From the NCBI GenBank assembly GCA_963816145.1, contig CAWFJP010000003.1, positions 544,001 to 608,000 on the forward strand: a DNA stretch of 64,000 nucleotides. Direction: 5' to 3'. This document shows, piece after piece, positions 1-10,769 of this stretch; position 1 is the stretch's first letter, and each line of letters opens with the position of its first letter. Origin of the DNA: an uncultured delta proteobacterium. GTDB lineage: Bacteria; Desulfobacterota; Binatia; UBA9968. Both the position numbers and the translations under genes were made by a program. The notes beneath the pieces were generated by a model. It did no database searches and was not told the DNA's origin. It saw nothing but the letters and a program-made list of their open reading frames with translations.

Positions 1-1
1 C

Positions 2-736
2 CGCAGCCTCGCCGGCTTCATCGATTTCGCTGGACTGCCGAAACAACCCAGAGCGCTGAAAGAAGAAGATCTGCTCGCGCTATACGCTGCGTACCAAGCC
101 AAGCAGGCGGTGGATAAAGCGCGTTTCGGCAACCAGGACGCGACGATCAATTTTATCGGCGTCTGGGACACCGTCGGTGCCCTGGCCTTCGGTGAAAGCA
201 TCGGCGACTTTCATCGGATCAGTCCCGATAACGTCACCCAGGTCGCCCATGCCCTGGCCCTCGACGAAGAACGCGAGCGATTCGAGCCATCCTTTTGGCA
301 TTCATCCGCCGGCGCGACAACGAAATTCGATGAAGTGTGGTTCAGCGGCTGTCACACAAATGTTGGCGGCGGCTACGCCGACGCCAATCTTGCCAACATT
401 GCCTATCTCTGGGTCTTAAGAATGGGCCGTGAAGCCGGACTGCCCCTCGACTTGCGAGGCCTGCCTGAGTTCGACGCCAAGAGCGTCTTCGGCATGCAGC
501 GCGACTCCTACACGGAGTTCTACGGCCAAATGGGTCTCATCGGCAAAATCGCCATGGATCTAAAACTCAAACACGGACCGCGCACGGTCCAACCGAACCA
601 CCGCATCCATCAAAGCGTCCTCGACCGCATGCAGGAAGGTGGCGGCGAGAAACAATATTCGGCGACTGCGCTATATCAAGGCAATAGAATCACTGTAGAT
701 TCGAACCCAGGAGTCGAGCCCTGGGGCGGGTTTTAA
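2..736 (+). CDS. DUF2235 / Tle1-like alpha-beta hydrolase (5' end outside window)
   Basis: Frame is open from base 2 (RSLAGFIDF...). It carries motifs typical of DUF2235: FIGVWDTVGAL, HALALDEER, EVWFSGCHTNVGGGY and IHQSV. Confidence 0.8.
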   Translation, partial: RSLAGFIDFAGLPKQPRALKEEDLLALYAAYQAKQAVDKARFGNQDATINFIGVWDTVGALAFGESIGDFHRISPDNVTQVAHALALDEERERFEPSFWHSSAGATTKFDEVWFSGCHTNVGGGYADANLANIAYLWVLRMGREAGLPLDLRGLPEFDAKSVFGMQRDSYTEFYGQMGLIGKIAMDLKLKHGPRTVQPNHRIHQSVLDRMQEGGGEKQYSATALYQGNRITVDSNPGVEPWGGF

Positions 737-1098
737 CCGCTACACAATGTGAAAAATCGCAATTACCGCAACTACTTTTTTAGGACAGCTTCATTCCACA
801 GCACTCAAAGCGCATGATGCGATTTGCGGAACTACACATCATTCGGAGGACCCCGGACGAAATACTCCTCGTACACGAATCGCTTGCCAGCCATTGACCT
901 GTCCTTCGCTCGCGTTGTCTGCGGCCGCGTTCCAATCTACCTGGAAATAAACGAGAGGACTTTATCCCGGGCGATGCAAAGTTTGGATGTATCTAACAAC
1001 GAGTCCCATTATCGACATACGGAAGGCAGACTCTCGGCAATTTTCGACTCCAATACATCGCTTGTGATCGACGAAACAGATCGCTTATATTGGCCGGC

Positions 1099-2112
1099 AT
1101 GAAGAAAGCTATGGCAGCAATTCGTCAAACTTCCTGGCGCATTCGCAATGCCGTTGTGCTCGGAATCGTCGTTGTTCAACTATTATTGACTCCCTCGGGA
1201 GCTTCGAGCCAATCGGCCGCTCTCGATAAAGTGATCATCGCCGTGCCCTCGCCGGCGCTGAGCATGTTGCCGGTCTACTTCGCCCAGGACCGCGGCTTGT
1301 TCAAGCGCGAAGGCATCGAGCCGGTGTTGGTCATGATGGCCGGGCGGCTGCAGGCGATCGCACTGGGCGCCGGTGAAGTCGACTACGCGGCATCGGTGGA
1401 GACCATCCTGCGCAGCGCCGTGCAAGGCATGCCGTTCAAAATCATCGTCTACACCAATGCCAAGATGTCGGTGGTGCTGGTAACCGCGCCGGAGATCAGG
1501 GCGGTGGCGGATTTGCGCGGCAAGTCCATCGGCGTCACCTCGCTTGGCGGCGGACTAGAATATGGCCTGCGCGAAATTCTAATTCAAAAAGGCAATCTCA
1601 ATCCCGACCGCGATGTCAGAACGGTTTCATTGGGCATGCCCGAACAGATGCTCGGACTGTCCTCAGGGGCGCTCCAAGGCGCGATGCTCGTGCCGCCCTA
1701 CGACGGCATCATGGCGCGCAAGGGTTTTCACAAACTGGTCTCGGCGGTGGACCTGCTCGAATATCCCCAGGGCGGCTTGGCGACCACCGACAAGAAGATA
1801 AAGGAAAAACCGGCGCAAGCTAAGCGAGTCGCCCGGGCGATGATCCAGGCATTGACTGCGATCCGCGAAGAGCGGGAGAAAACCATCGGCTATATCGCCA
1901 GCCGCTGGAAAATCGATCGCGGCCTCGCGACCGAGAGCTACGATGTCATGGTGAAGTCGTTCAGCCGCGACGGCAACGCCAGCGCCAAGTCGGTGCAAAA
2001 CATCATCGACTCGACGAAAGCGCGCCTGCAGATCGACAAAGCGGTTACCGTCGCCGATGTCATCGCCCTGCCACTTCTCGGTGAAGTACAAAAGGAGCTC
2101 GGGATCAAATAG
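1099..2112 (+). CDS. ABC transporter substrate-binding protein, NitT/TauT (SsuA/THI5-like) family
   Basis: N-terminal signal-like hydrophobic stretch; AQDRGLFKREGIE and DLRGKSIGVTSLG motifs. Start uncertain (1090/1099/1111). Confidence 0.8.
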   Translation: MKKAMAAIRQTSWRIRNAVVLGIVVVQLLLTPSGASSQSAALDKVIIAVPSPALSMLPVYFAQDRGLFKREGIEPVLVMMAGRLQAIALGAGEVDYAASVETILRSAVQGMPFKIIVYTNAKMSVVLVTAPEIRAVADLRGKSIGVTSLGGGLEYGLREILIQKGNLNPDRDVRTVSLGMPEQMLGLSSGALQGAMLVPPYDGIMARKGFHKLVSAVDLLEYPQGGLATTDKKIKEKPAQAKRVARAMIQALTAIREEREKTIGYIASRWKIDRGLATESYDVMVKSFSRDGNASAKSVQNIIDSTKARLQIDKAVTVADVIALPLLGEVQKELGIK

Positions 2113-3016
2113 CCCGCGGCAATCCGAAGGGCTGAGGCGGCGGCAATCCGGTCGCTTCGCACCAAACGCTGGCATCGTAAAAACGTTCCACCGGTTCATG
2201 TGGCGCATCGTAAAAGCCCATTTCGATGCGCAACTGAATCACGCGGTTCAAGTCCTCAGGGACAATCGCCGCCTTCGGCGTCACCTGAGCTAATTTCGTG
2301 TCCGCCTGTGCCCGTGAGATCTTCGAATAACCCTGCGTGAGGCGTAAAGCTTCTTCGCGGTTCTTCGGATCGAGCGCCCAGTCCGCCCCAGCAACGAACG
2401 CGCGGACAAACCGCACCATCTGGTCGCGATGGGCTGCCACCCAGGCGGACCTGGCCCAACAAGCAGTGGTAGCGTAGTTGGGAATATAGTCGGCTCCGGA
2501 CGCCAGCAGATTGTAGCCCTCGCTCAAGGCTTGCGCATCGTAGGGTGGCGCCAACATGCACGCTGCGACTTCGCCTTGGCGCAGCGCTTCAAAGCGATAA
2601 GGCGAGGTGCCGATGATCTTCACAGCGTATTCAGAATCTGTCACACCATGGGCGCGCAATATCTTGCGCCGATGCAAATCGTAATTGGAATCGCCTGGAT
2701 CGCCGGCCAAGGTTTTACCGCGCAATTCTGCCGGCGACTTAATCCCTCTGGCGCCGATCAGTTTCACTTCGAGTCCGCGCTCAGCCATCAGATACAAGAG
2801 AAATCCATGACCATCCCGGGTCACCCGTGCGACCATCGTGTCAGGGCTCGTCAAACTGATGTCCCATCGCCCCTCAAGCATCCCCTTGTTGTGCTCCGGC
2901 GCCAATGTCGCGATCGTAAAATCAATCGCTAGGCCCTCGCGAGTGAAGAGTCCCTTTTCCTGAGCGACAATAAAAGGCGGCAGCGGGTAGTAACCGATGA
3001 CTTGGAGTGTGTCCAT
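2105..3016 (-). CDS. NitT/TauT-family substrate-binding-fold protein (no obvious signal peptide)
   Basis: VAQEKGLFTREGL and ELRGKTLA motifs; 303 aa; 15 bp downstream of the oxidoreductase gene. Confidence 0.75.
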   Translation of the reverse strand: MDTLQVIGYYPLPPFIVAQEKGLFTREGLAIDFTIATLAPEHNKGMLEGRWDISLTSPDTMVARVTRDGHGFLLYLMAERGLEVKLIGARGIKSPAELRGKTLAGDPGDSNYDLHRRKILRAHGVTDSEYAVKIIGTSPYRFEALRQGEVAACMLAPPYDAQALSEGYNLLASGADYIPNYATTACWARSAWVAAHRDQMVRFVRAFVAGADWALDPKNREEALRLTQGYSKISRAQADTKLAQVTPKAAIVPEDLNRVIQLRIEMGFYDAPHEPVERFYDASVWCEATGLPPPQPFGLPRAI

Positions 3017-3031
3017 GACAAATCCTCGAAG

Positions 3032-5921
3032 CTAGTTTTTGATGCTGTCCCAAAGCAGTTCGGCCGGATGCTTCGCTTGGCGCCCCGCCAAATGCTCGAT
3101 CTGCTGCCGGCACGAAATCCCCGGTGCGACCACTTCGACTTCGGCGCCTGCACTCTGTACTGCGGGCGCTAGGCGGCGATTGCCGATCTTGATCGACAGG
3201 TCGTAATGCTCCTTTTCGAAACCGAACGATCCGGCCATGCCGCAGCAGCCGGAATCGACTTCGCTGACCTCGTAGCCGGCGGCTTTAAGCATCGCAATAG
3301 TCGGCGCGGCGCCGACAAGGGCTTTTTGATGGCAGTGGCCGTGCAGCAAAACTTTCCGGCCTTGGCCGTTGGCGTCGAGCTTTAAACGGCCGGCGCCGAT
3401 CTCACGCATGACGAATTCTTCGAACAGAGAAACTGTTTTTCGCGACGTTCTTTGTGGCTTCGGTTCGGACGAACTCGGGATACTCATCGCGCAGCGTGAG
3501 CAAGCAGGATGGTTCAAGACCGACGACCGGCGTGTCTTTCGCCGCATAGGGCGCGAGCCGCTCGATGTTCCACGCGGCATGCTCCTTGGCTTGGCTCAAC
3601 ATGCCCTTGGAGATCATCGGCCGGCCGCAGCATTTTTTCTCGACGAGCGCTATACGGTAGCCGGATTTTTCCAGAAAGCGCACGGCGGCGATGGCGACGT
3701 TGGGCGTGTTGTAGTTGTTGAACGTGTCGTGAAACAGCACCACCTCGCCGTTGGCCGCTTGGCCGTTCTGCGGGTGTTTACGAAACCAATCCTCGAAAGT
3801 TTCACTGGCGAAGGAGGGCAGCGGCCTTCGTCTATCGATGCCGGCAAAGAGCTCCATGAGCCAGCGGTTGAGCGTCGAACCGGCGAGCCAATTGGACACC
3901 GGCGCGAGAGCCGAGCCGATGCGATTGAGGTCGGCGATGGCGCCGAAGATACGATTGCGCAGCGGCAAGCCGTTGGCGCGGTGGTAATGATCGAGGAACT
4001 CATACTTGAGTTTCGCCATGTCGACATTGGACGGGCACTCCGCCTTACACGCTTTGCACTCTAGGCAAAGATCCATGACGTCGTGCAAACGTTTGCCGGT
4101 AAACTCAGATTTGGGCACCAGGCCGGCGATCACGTTGCGCAAGGCGTTGGCCCGGCCGCGCGTCGAATGCTCTTCATCGAGGGTGCCCATGTAGGACGGG
4201 CACATGGTGCCGTCGAGCTTCTTGCGGCATTCGCCCATGCCGCTGCACATCTCGACGGCGCGCGCGAAGCCGCCCTGCGCGCTGAAATCCAAGGTCGTCT
4301 GCGGCTCCCAGGTTGTGTATTGCGGACTGATTTTTAATGACTCCGTCATCGCCGGCGCGTCGACGATCTTGCCGGGATTCATGATGTTCTTGGGATCGAA
4401 GGCCCGCTTGATCTGGCGGAAGCCGTCGTAGAGCGCCGGGCCGTAGAGTTTCTGGTTGAAGTGGCTGCGCGCCAGGCCGTCGCCATGTTCGCCCGACATG
4501 GCGCCGTTGAACTCGATCACGAGATCGGAGATCGCGTTGGCTATGGAGACCATTTTTTTCTTTTCGCTCTCTGCTTTGAGATTGATCAGCGGCCGGATAT
4601 GCATGCAGCCGACGGAGCAATGGCCGTAGTAGCCCGCCACCGTGTCATGATCGGTGACGATCTGGCGAAAGCGTTTGATAAATTCCGGCAGCTTTTCCGG
4701 CGACACAGCCGTGTCTTCGACAAAGGCGATCGGTTTCTTGTCGCCCTTCATGCCGAGCAAGAGACCGAGCCCCGCCTTGCGCACGCCCCAGATCGATTTA
4801 ACTTCTTCCGCTTTGAACGCCAGCGTCGCCGCGTAGCCGATCCTCTCGCGCTTGCGCAATTCTTCCAGTTTGTAGATCTGATCTTTGACTTCGTCTTCGG
4901 TTTCGCCGGCGTACTCGACCATCAAGAGCGAATCGGGCGTGCCTTGGACAAAGCCGAGCTTGCGCGACTGCTCGATGTTGCCGCGGGCGAGATTGAGGAT
5001 CATCTTGTCCGTGGACTCCATCGCGTAAGGCGCGGTTTGCAGCACAGTCTGTGCGCACTGTAACGCGTCGATATCGTCGTTGAAATGGATCACATCCATG
5101 GCGGTCCACTTGGGCTTGGGCACCAGACGCATCTTGGCTTCGACGATGGTCGCCAGTGTGCCCTCGGAGCCGACAATCATGCGCGCTAAATTGAACGGCT
5201 GCGGCTTGACGAATTCGTCGAGATTGTAACCCGAAACCCGCCGCATGATTTTCGGGTAGCGCGCTAGAATCTCCGGCTTATGCTGCTGCGCCAAACGAAA
5301 CACTTCGCGGTACGCGCGCCCTTCTATCGTATCAGCCTTGCTTTTCTGTTTGACTTCCGCCGGCGATAAATCCTTCAGCACCACTTCCCTGCCGTCGGCC
5401 ATGAGCACGGTCAGCTCGATGACATGGTCGAGTGTCTTGCCATAGGTGAGCGAATGGGCGCCCGAGGAGTTATTGCCGATCATGCCGCCGATGGTGGCGC
5501 GGTTGGAGGTCGAAGTATCGGGGCCGAACTGCAAGCCCATAGCGCGCACGTAAGCGTTGAGTTCATCCTGCACCAGGCCCGGCTGCACCCGGCACCACAG
5601 TTCCTCCTGGTTAACTTCCAAAACGTTCTGCATGTACTTGGAAAAATCCAAGACGATCGAGTGGCCAACTGCTTGGCCCGCAAGAGAAGTACCGCCGCCG
5701 CGGGAAAGCACCGACACACCGAGTCGATTGGCGACATCGAGCACCGCTTGCACGTCCGCCTTATGGCGCGGCACGACCACGCCGACGGGCTCGATCTGAT
5801 AAATCGACGCATCGGTCGAATAGAGCAAGCGCGAATATTTGTCGAAATGAATATCGCCCTCGACACGGTTCTTTAACTCCGCTTCGATCTCAAAATAATC
5901 CCTACCCACGTTCGTCGCCAT
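3032..5921 (-). CDS. FAD-binding / (Fe-S)-binding oxidoreductase (GlcD-GlcF fusion, YdiJ-like), with +1 frameshift near 3430
   Basis: YSTDASIY, RGGGTSLAGQ, SGEHGDG, CSGMGEC, CLECKACKAECP and CCG domains. The C-terminal HGHCHQKA and CCGMAGSFG lie in ORF 3032..3580; the frames join at ...AKNSF/LFEEF. Confidence 0.85.
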
Positions 5922-5940
5922 TTGCTTTCTCCGAAACGAT

Positions 5941-5976
5941 TTGAACTATTTGAACGGCTTGAACGATTTGAACGGG
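5941..5976. repeat. Four tandem 9-mers TTGAACNNN
   Basis: TTGAACTAT TTGAACGGC TTGAACGAT TTGAACGGG, in the intergenic space. Confidence 0.8.
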
Positions 5977-6855
5977 TTATGCAAGCCGCAACACCATCAC
6001 CCCAAGCACCACCAGCAGCGCAGCCAAACCATCGCGCCAACTGACCGCTTCGACGCCTTTGAGCGTGGTCTTCACCAGGAAAAAACTGACGATCGGCTGA
6101 GCGCTCCAGACCGGCGCCGCCACCGAGGCCGGCGCGTAGGTCAACGCCTTGAGGGTCATGATCGACCCGATGGCGTAGAGAAAACCCGCCGCGACGAAGC
6201 AGACGACACTGCTAGCGGCGATGCGCTCGGGTTTAAACTCGATTTTGAGCAGGCTACCCAAGGTCACGAGCAGTAGGAGGCCGGTGGCGTGCATGACCAA
6301 CGCGCCCAGCACCGGTGTCCCGCCATTGTCGGTGCCGAACTTCTTCAACACCGGCACGATGCCGTAGCAGACCGTCGCCATCGCTGAGGTCAGCGTCAGC
6401 ACTTTCTTGCGCTCGCGTCCTTCGTCTTGGCTGTCGGTTTCCGCGACGAAAAACACCCCGGAAATAATCAGCACCACGCCGGCCAAGACGACTAAAGTCA
6501 GCGGCTCGCCCAAGAACAGAGCCGCGAGCAGCACGGTGATCAACGGCGAAGAATTATTGAGCGACTGCGCCCGCGACGCGCCAATTTGATCGACGGTTTT
6601 GACGAACAAAGTGCGGCCGAGATAGGCCCCCACGACTCCGGTGCAAGCGAAAACCAAGATCGCCAGCGGCGGTATATTGGCGGCGAACAGTTCGCCTTCG
6701 ATAAGCGCCGCAGCGATCAAAGTGACGAGAATCGTCGCCTGCTGATAAAGCGTAGCCGCGCTCACGTCGGCATGGACCAAACCTCGCTTGACCAACACCG
6801 GGCTGGTGCCCCAGAAAATCCCGGCAACGATGGCGTAGAGGATCCCGGTTTCCAC
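5977..6855 (-). CDS. EamA/DMT family transporter
   Basis: About 10 hydrophobic segments; FWGTSPVLVK, GASRAQSL and LFLGEPLT motifs; two-repeat structure. Confidence 0.8.
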   Translation of the reverse strand: METGILYAIVAGIFWGTSPVLVKRGLVHADVSAATLYQQATILVTLIAAALIEGELFAANIPPLAILVFACTGVVGAYLGRTLFVKTVDQIGASRAQSLNNSSPLITVLLAALFLGEPLTLVVLAGVVLIISGVFFVAETDSQDEGRERKKVLTLTSAMATVCYGIVPVLKKFGTDNGGTPVLGALVMHATGLLLLVTLGSLLKIEFKPERIAASSVVCFVAAGFLYAIGSIMTLKALTYAPASVAAPVWSAQPIVSFFLVKTTLKGVEAVSWRDGLAALLVVLGVMVLRLA

Positions 6856-6864
6856 GATAGCGAA

Positions 6865-7551
6865 CTACGCCGGCAGCGACGCGCTGGCCGCTGCGAAAAC
6901 GCTGCGGAACATCGGCCGGGTCAGCTTGCCGGTAAAAGTATTCTGCTGGCTCGGGTGATAGGAGCAAATCAAGCGCAACCCGCCGGCGAGCTGGAAAGCG
7001 GCGCCATGGCCGAATCTCGGCCGTGGCTTGGGTAGCGCTCCACCCGTTTCTCGATAGGCCGCGAGAAACGAATCGAAGGCGATCTTGCCGAGGACGATGA
7101 CGACTTTAAGATTTCTGAACAACCACAACTCTTCAATCAAGTAGGCGCGGCAGCGGTTGAACTCGATCGGATTCGGCTTGTTCGCCGGCGGCGCGCAATG
7201 GACCGCCGCGGTGATATAACAGTCGGTGAGTTCAAGACCGTCGCCACGATGATCGGAGTTGGGCTGGTTGGCGAAGCCGGCCTCGTGCAGCGCGCCGTAA
7301 AGCCAGTCGCCGCTGCGGTCGCCGGTAAACATCCGACCGGTGCGATTGCCGCCATGAGCCGCCGGCGCCAAACCGACGATCAACACCCGCGCTTTGGCAT
7401 CGCCGAATCCGGCGAGCGGCTTGGCCCAATAAACCTGACCGATATATCGGCGCGGTGGTTTTTTCGCGCAAGCCTCGCGCCAACGCACCAGTCGCGGGCA
7501 TTTCCGGCAAGCAGCGATGCGCTGATTGAGTTCATCGACGCGCTGAATCAT
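6865..7551 (-). CDS. udgB: Uracil-DNA glycosylase family 5 (UdgB, Fe-S)
   Basis: CRKCPRL, GLAPAAHGGNRTGRMFTGD and YHPSQQNT motifs. Confidence 0.9.
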   Translation of the reverse strand: MIQRVDELNQRIAACRKCPRLVRWREACAKKPPRRYIGQVYWAKPLAGFGDAKARVLIVGLAPAAHGGNRTGRMFTGDRSGDWLYGALHEAGFANQPNSDHRGDGLELTDCYITAAVHCAPPANKPNPIEFNRCRAYLIEELWLFRNLKVVIVLGKIAFDSFLAAYRETGGALPKPRPRFGHGAAFQLAGGLRLICSYHPSQQNTFTGKLTRPMFRSVFAAASASLPA

Positions 7552-7677
7552 AGACTCCTGCTAACACAAAGGGGGCGGGAGTTACAGCAGATTTGCCGCT
7601 ATCACAGGTATTTCGGTTGCGTGCAATGGGAAAATTTTTCTGCTATAAAAATTTGATAAATCAATCTCTCGAAGGGA

Positions 7678-7992
7678 ATGCTCATGATCGAAAGGCAGCA
7701 GCCTTATGTCCGGCAGCTTCATGTCTGCATCAACAATCGCAACGGCGAAAGCAAATCCTGCGGCTATGACGGCTCGGAAGAAGTGGTGGAAGAACTAAGA
7801 AAGGTCACGAAGGAAAGAAACCTAAAAGGCAAAGTCCGCGTCGTCAGAAGCGGATGCTTGGATGTCTGCGCCTTCGGCCCCAACATGATGATCTGGCCGG
7901 AAGGTCTATGGTTCATGAAAGTGACCAAAGAAGATGTGCCACAGATCGTCGACAAATACTTGAGTCTCGCAGCCGCCGATCAGGCGAAATAA
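7678..7992 (+). CDS. Thioredoxin-like [2Fe-2S] ferredoxin
   Basis: VCINNR...SCG, SGCLDVCAFGP and WPEGLWF; four-Cys pattern. Confidence 0.85.
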   Translation: MLMIERQQPYVRQLHVCINNRNGESKSCGYDGSEEVVEELRKVTKERNLKGKVRVVRSGCLDVCAFGPNMMIWPEGLWFMKVTKEDVPQIVDKYLSLAAADQAK

Positions 7993-8202
7993 CCGCGACG
8001 CATCCGATATCCGCGCTCGCCCATTTCCTGTTGAAGCTTGAGATATACCTTAAGCGCGGCTTTGCCGAAGTGGTGAAGCCGCGCTCGTGCGTTAGCTAGG
8101 TTTGAAATCTTCGCCCAATTGTTGGATTACTTGACACTGAAGCAGTATCCATAATAGTGAGTCAGATTCGGACAAATTCAAAGCGCAAAAGGAACGATCA
8201 TC

Positions 8203-8967
8203 GTGGCTGATAAAAGTTTAACTCTCGATCAGTATCGCACGTTGCGAAAAGATAATTGGTGGGTCGAGCCGGCGCTCGTCGTCGTGGTGTTGGGCGGCTT
8301 CGCCATCTACGCAACCTGGGCTGCGTTGGAAAACGCCAACTACTACGCGGCGCCGTACCTTTCACCCTTCTACTCGCCCTGCATTTCCGCCAACTGTACC
8401 CATGTTACCCTGCCGCTCATCGGTTCCTGGTGGAATCTGTCGCCGGCCTTCTTGATTCTTTGGGTGCCCGGCGGCTTTCGCGCAACTTGTTATTATTATC
8501 GCAAGGCCTACTACCGATCTTTTTTCCAATCACCGCCGGCTTGCGCCGTGCGCGACGCCGGGAGGAACTATAGCGGTGAAACCCGCTTCCCCTTCTTGCT
8601 GCAAAATATTCACCGCTACTTTTTCTATCTCTCTCTAGTGATTCTGGCATTTCTCTGGTGGGATGCGCTACTCGCATTCCGCTTTCCCGATGGCTTCGGT
8701 ATGGGCGTGGGAACTATCGTTCTGTGCGTCAATGCTGCGCTCTTGTCGCTCTTCAGTATGTCGTGCAATTCCTGCCGCCATGTTTGCGGCGGCTATTTGA
8801 ATTCGTTTCACAGCGCCCCAAGTAAATTCAAAACTTGGTCGTTTATCAGCCAGCTCAACGAGAAACATATGGAATACGCCTGGGTCAGTCTGATCTGGGT
8901 CGCGCTGACTGACGTTTATGTACGGCTGCTAGCGATGGGCGTGATTTCTGATTTGAGGTTTTTCTAA
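8203..8967 (+). CDS. Succinate dehydrogenase membrane anchor, actinobacterial Sdh1 (Rv0249c-like) type
   Basis: PYLSPFYSPC, FRATCYYYRKAYYR, QNIHRYFF, SCNSCRH and KHMEYAW; multiple TM helices; overlaps the sdhA start. Confidence 0.8.
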   Translation: MADKSLTLDQYRTLRKDNWWVEPALVVVVLGGFAIYATWAALENANYYAAPYLSPFYSPCISANCTHVTLPLIGSWWNLSPAFLILWVPGGFRATCYYYRKAYYRSFFQSPPACAVRDAGRNYSGETRFPFLLQNIHRYFFYLSLVILAFLWWDALLAFRFPDGFGMGVGTIVLCVNAALLSLFSMSCNSCRHVCGGYLNSFHSAPSKFKTWSFISQLNEKHMEYAWVSLIWVALTDVYVRLLAMGVISDLRFF

Positions 8968-10769
8968 TGGCTCAAGAAAAGTACGAAACCCATGAATACG
9001 ACGTCGTGGTTATCGGCGCCGGCGGTGCGGGCCTGCGCGCCGCGGTCGAGGCCTCGGCGCAGGGCGCGAAAACCGCTTTGGTGTGCAAATCCCTGCTCGG
9101 TAAAGCGCATACCGTCATGGCGGAAGGCGGCATCGCCGCGGCCATGGGCAACGTTTATCCTGAGGACAACTGGAAAGTTCACTTTCGCGATACCATGCGC
9201 GGCGGCAAGTTGCTAAACAACTGGCGTATGGCGCAGATTCATGCTCAGGAAGCGCCCGATCGCGTCCTTGAGTTGGAAGAATGGGGTGCGCTCTTCGACC
9301 GGACGAAAGAAGGTTTGATTTTACAGCGCGACTTCGGCGGCCACCGCTACGCGCGCCTCGCTCACGTCGGCGACCGCACCGGCCTGGAGATGATCCGGAC
9401 GCTGCAACAACACGCAGTGCACAAAGGCATCGACGTTTATATGGAGTGCAACTTGCAGCGGCTCTTGACCGACGGCGGCCGCATCAGCGGTGCCTTCGGT
9501 TACTGGCGCGAAAGCGGCAAGTTCATCATGTTCAAGTGCAAGGCGGTGGTCCTCGCCACCGGCGGCGGCGGCAAAGCATGGAAGGTCACCTCCAATTCCT
9601 GGGAATACACCGGCGACGGCGTCACTATGGCCGCCGATGCCGGCGCCGATTTAATGGACATGGAGTTCATGCAATTCCATCCCACTGGTATGGTATGGCC
9701 ACCCAGCGTGCGCGGCATTCTCGTCACCGAGGGCGTGCGCGGCGACGGCGGCACGTTGAAGAACACCAAGAACGAACGGTTCATGTTCAACTACATCCCG
9801 GATTTCTTCAAGGCGGAAACCGCCGAGACCATCGAAGAAGCCGAACGCTGGTACGACGACAAGCGCAACAATCGCCGTACTCCCGATCTGTTGCCGCGCG
9901 ACGAAGTCGCTCGGGCGATCAACTCAGAGGTTAAAGCCGGCCGCGGCACTCCCCATGGCGGCGTCTTCCTCGACATCGCCTCGCGCCGTCCGGCCGATTA
10001 CATCCGCAAGCGGTTGCCGTCCATGTACCATCAATTCAAGGAACTGGCAGATGTGGACATCACGAAAGAACCGATGGAAGTCGGCCCGACATGCCACTAC
10101 GCCATGGGCGGCGTCCGCGTCGACGCCGACAGCACTGCGACCACGGTTCCCGGCTTGTTTGCCGCCGGTGAAGTCGCCGCCGGTCTCCATGGCGCCAATC
10201 GATTGGGCGGCAACTCGCTCTCGGATCTACTGGTTTTCGGTCGGCGGGCCGGTCTCTATGCCGCGGAATATGCTAAGGGGATAAGCGGGTCGCTGACCGT
10301 AAATAGCGATCAAGTTGAATCCTTAGCGCGCGACATGCTCGCGCCCTTCGAAAGCAAAGGCAACGAGAATCCCTATACGATTCATTCCGACCTACAAGAA
10401 TGCATGCAGAATCTGGTCGGCATCATTCGCGTCGAGTCGGAATTGAATCAAGCTCTGGAAATTATTCAGAAGCTCAAACAGCGCGCGAAAAACTGCAGAG
10501 TTGAAGGCAACCGACATTACAATCCAGGCTGGCATCTGGCGTTGGATCTGCACTCGTTGTTGACCTTCGCCGAAGCGGCGACTTTGGCCGCGATCATCCG
10601 CAAAGAGAGCCGTGGCGGCCATACGCGCGACGACTTCCCCAACACCGACGCGAAATTCGCCAAGGTCAACATCGTCACGCGGATGAGAAATGGTGAAATG
10701 ACGCAGACCCAGGAACCGTTGCCGGAAATACCGGACGAACTGAAAGCACTGCTTGAGGAGAAAAAGTGA
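8967..10769 (+). CDS. sdhA: Succinate dehydrogenase/fumarate reductase flavoprotein subunit
   Basis: GAGGAG, KAHTVMAEGG (covalent-FAD His), QFHPTG, TEGVRGDGG, HYAMGG, HGANRLGGNSL and ESRGGH. Confidence 0.93.
   Translation: MAQEKYETHEYDVVVIGAGGAGLRAAVEASAQGAKTALVCKSLLGKAHTVMAEGGIAAAMGNVYPEDNWKVHFRDTMRGGKLLNNWRMAQIHAQEAPDRVLELEEWGALFDRTKEGLILQRDFGGHRYARLAHVGDRTGLEMIRTLQQHAVHKGIDVYMECNLQRLLTDGGRISGAFGYWRESGKFIMFKCKAVVLATGGGGKAWKVTSNSWEYTGDGVTMAADAGADLMDMEFMQFHPTGMVWPPSVRGILVTEGVRGDGGTLKNTKNERFMFNYIPDFFKAETAETIEEAERWYDDKRNNRRTPDLLPRDEVARAINSEVKAGRGTPHGGVFLDIASRRPADYIRKRLPSMYHQFKELADVDITKEPMEVGPTCHYAMGGVRVDADSTATTVPGLFAAGEVAAGLHGANRLGGNSLSDLLVFGRRAGLYAAEYAKGISGSLTVNSDQVESLARDMLAPFESKGNENPYTIHSDLQECMQNLVGIIRVESELNQALEIIQKLKQRAKNCRVEGNRHYNPGWHLALDLHSLLTFAEAATLAAIIRKESRGGHTRDDFPNTDAKFAKVNIVTRMRNGEMTQTQEPLPEIPDELKALLEEKK

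Noticed and set aside
824-1102. 92-aa ORF with LVIDETDRL (Walker B-like)
   Set aside because: No Walker A, weak TTG start and no family context; probably chance in intergenic DNA.
8131-8158. TTGACA upstream of the sdh operon
   Set aside because: No good -10 hexamer at 16-18 bp spacing; not called as a promoter.
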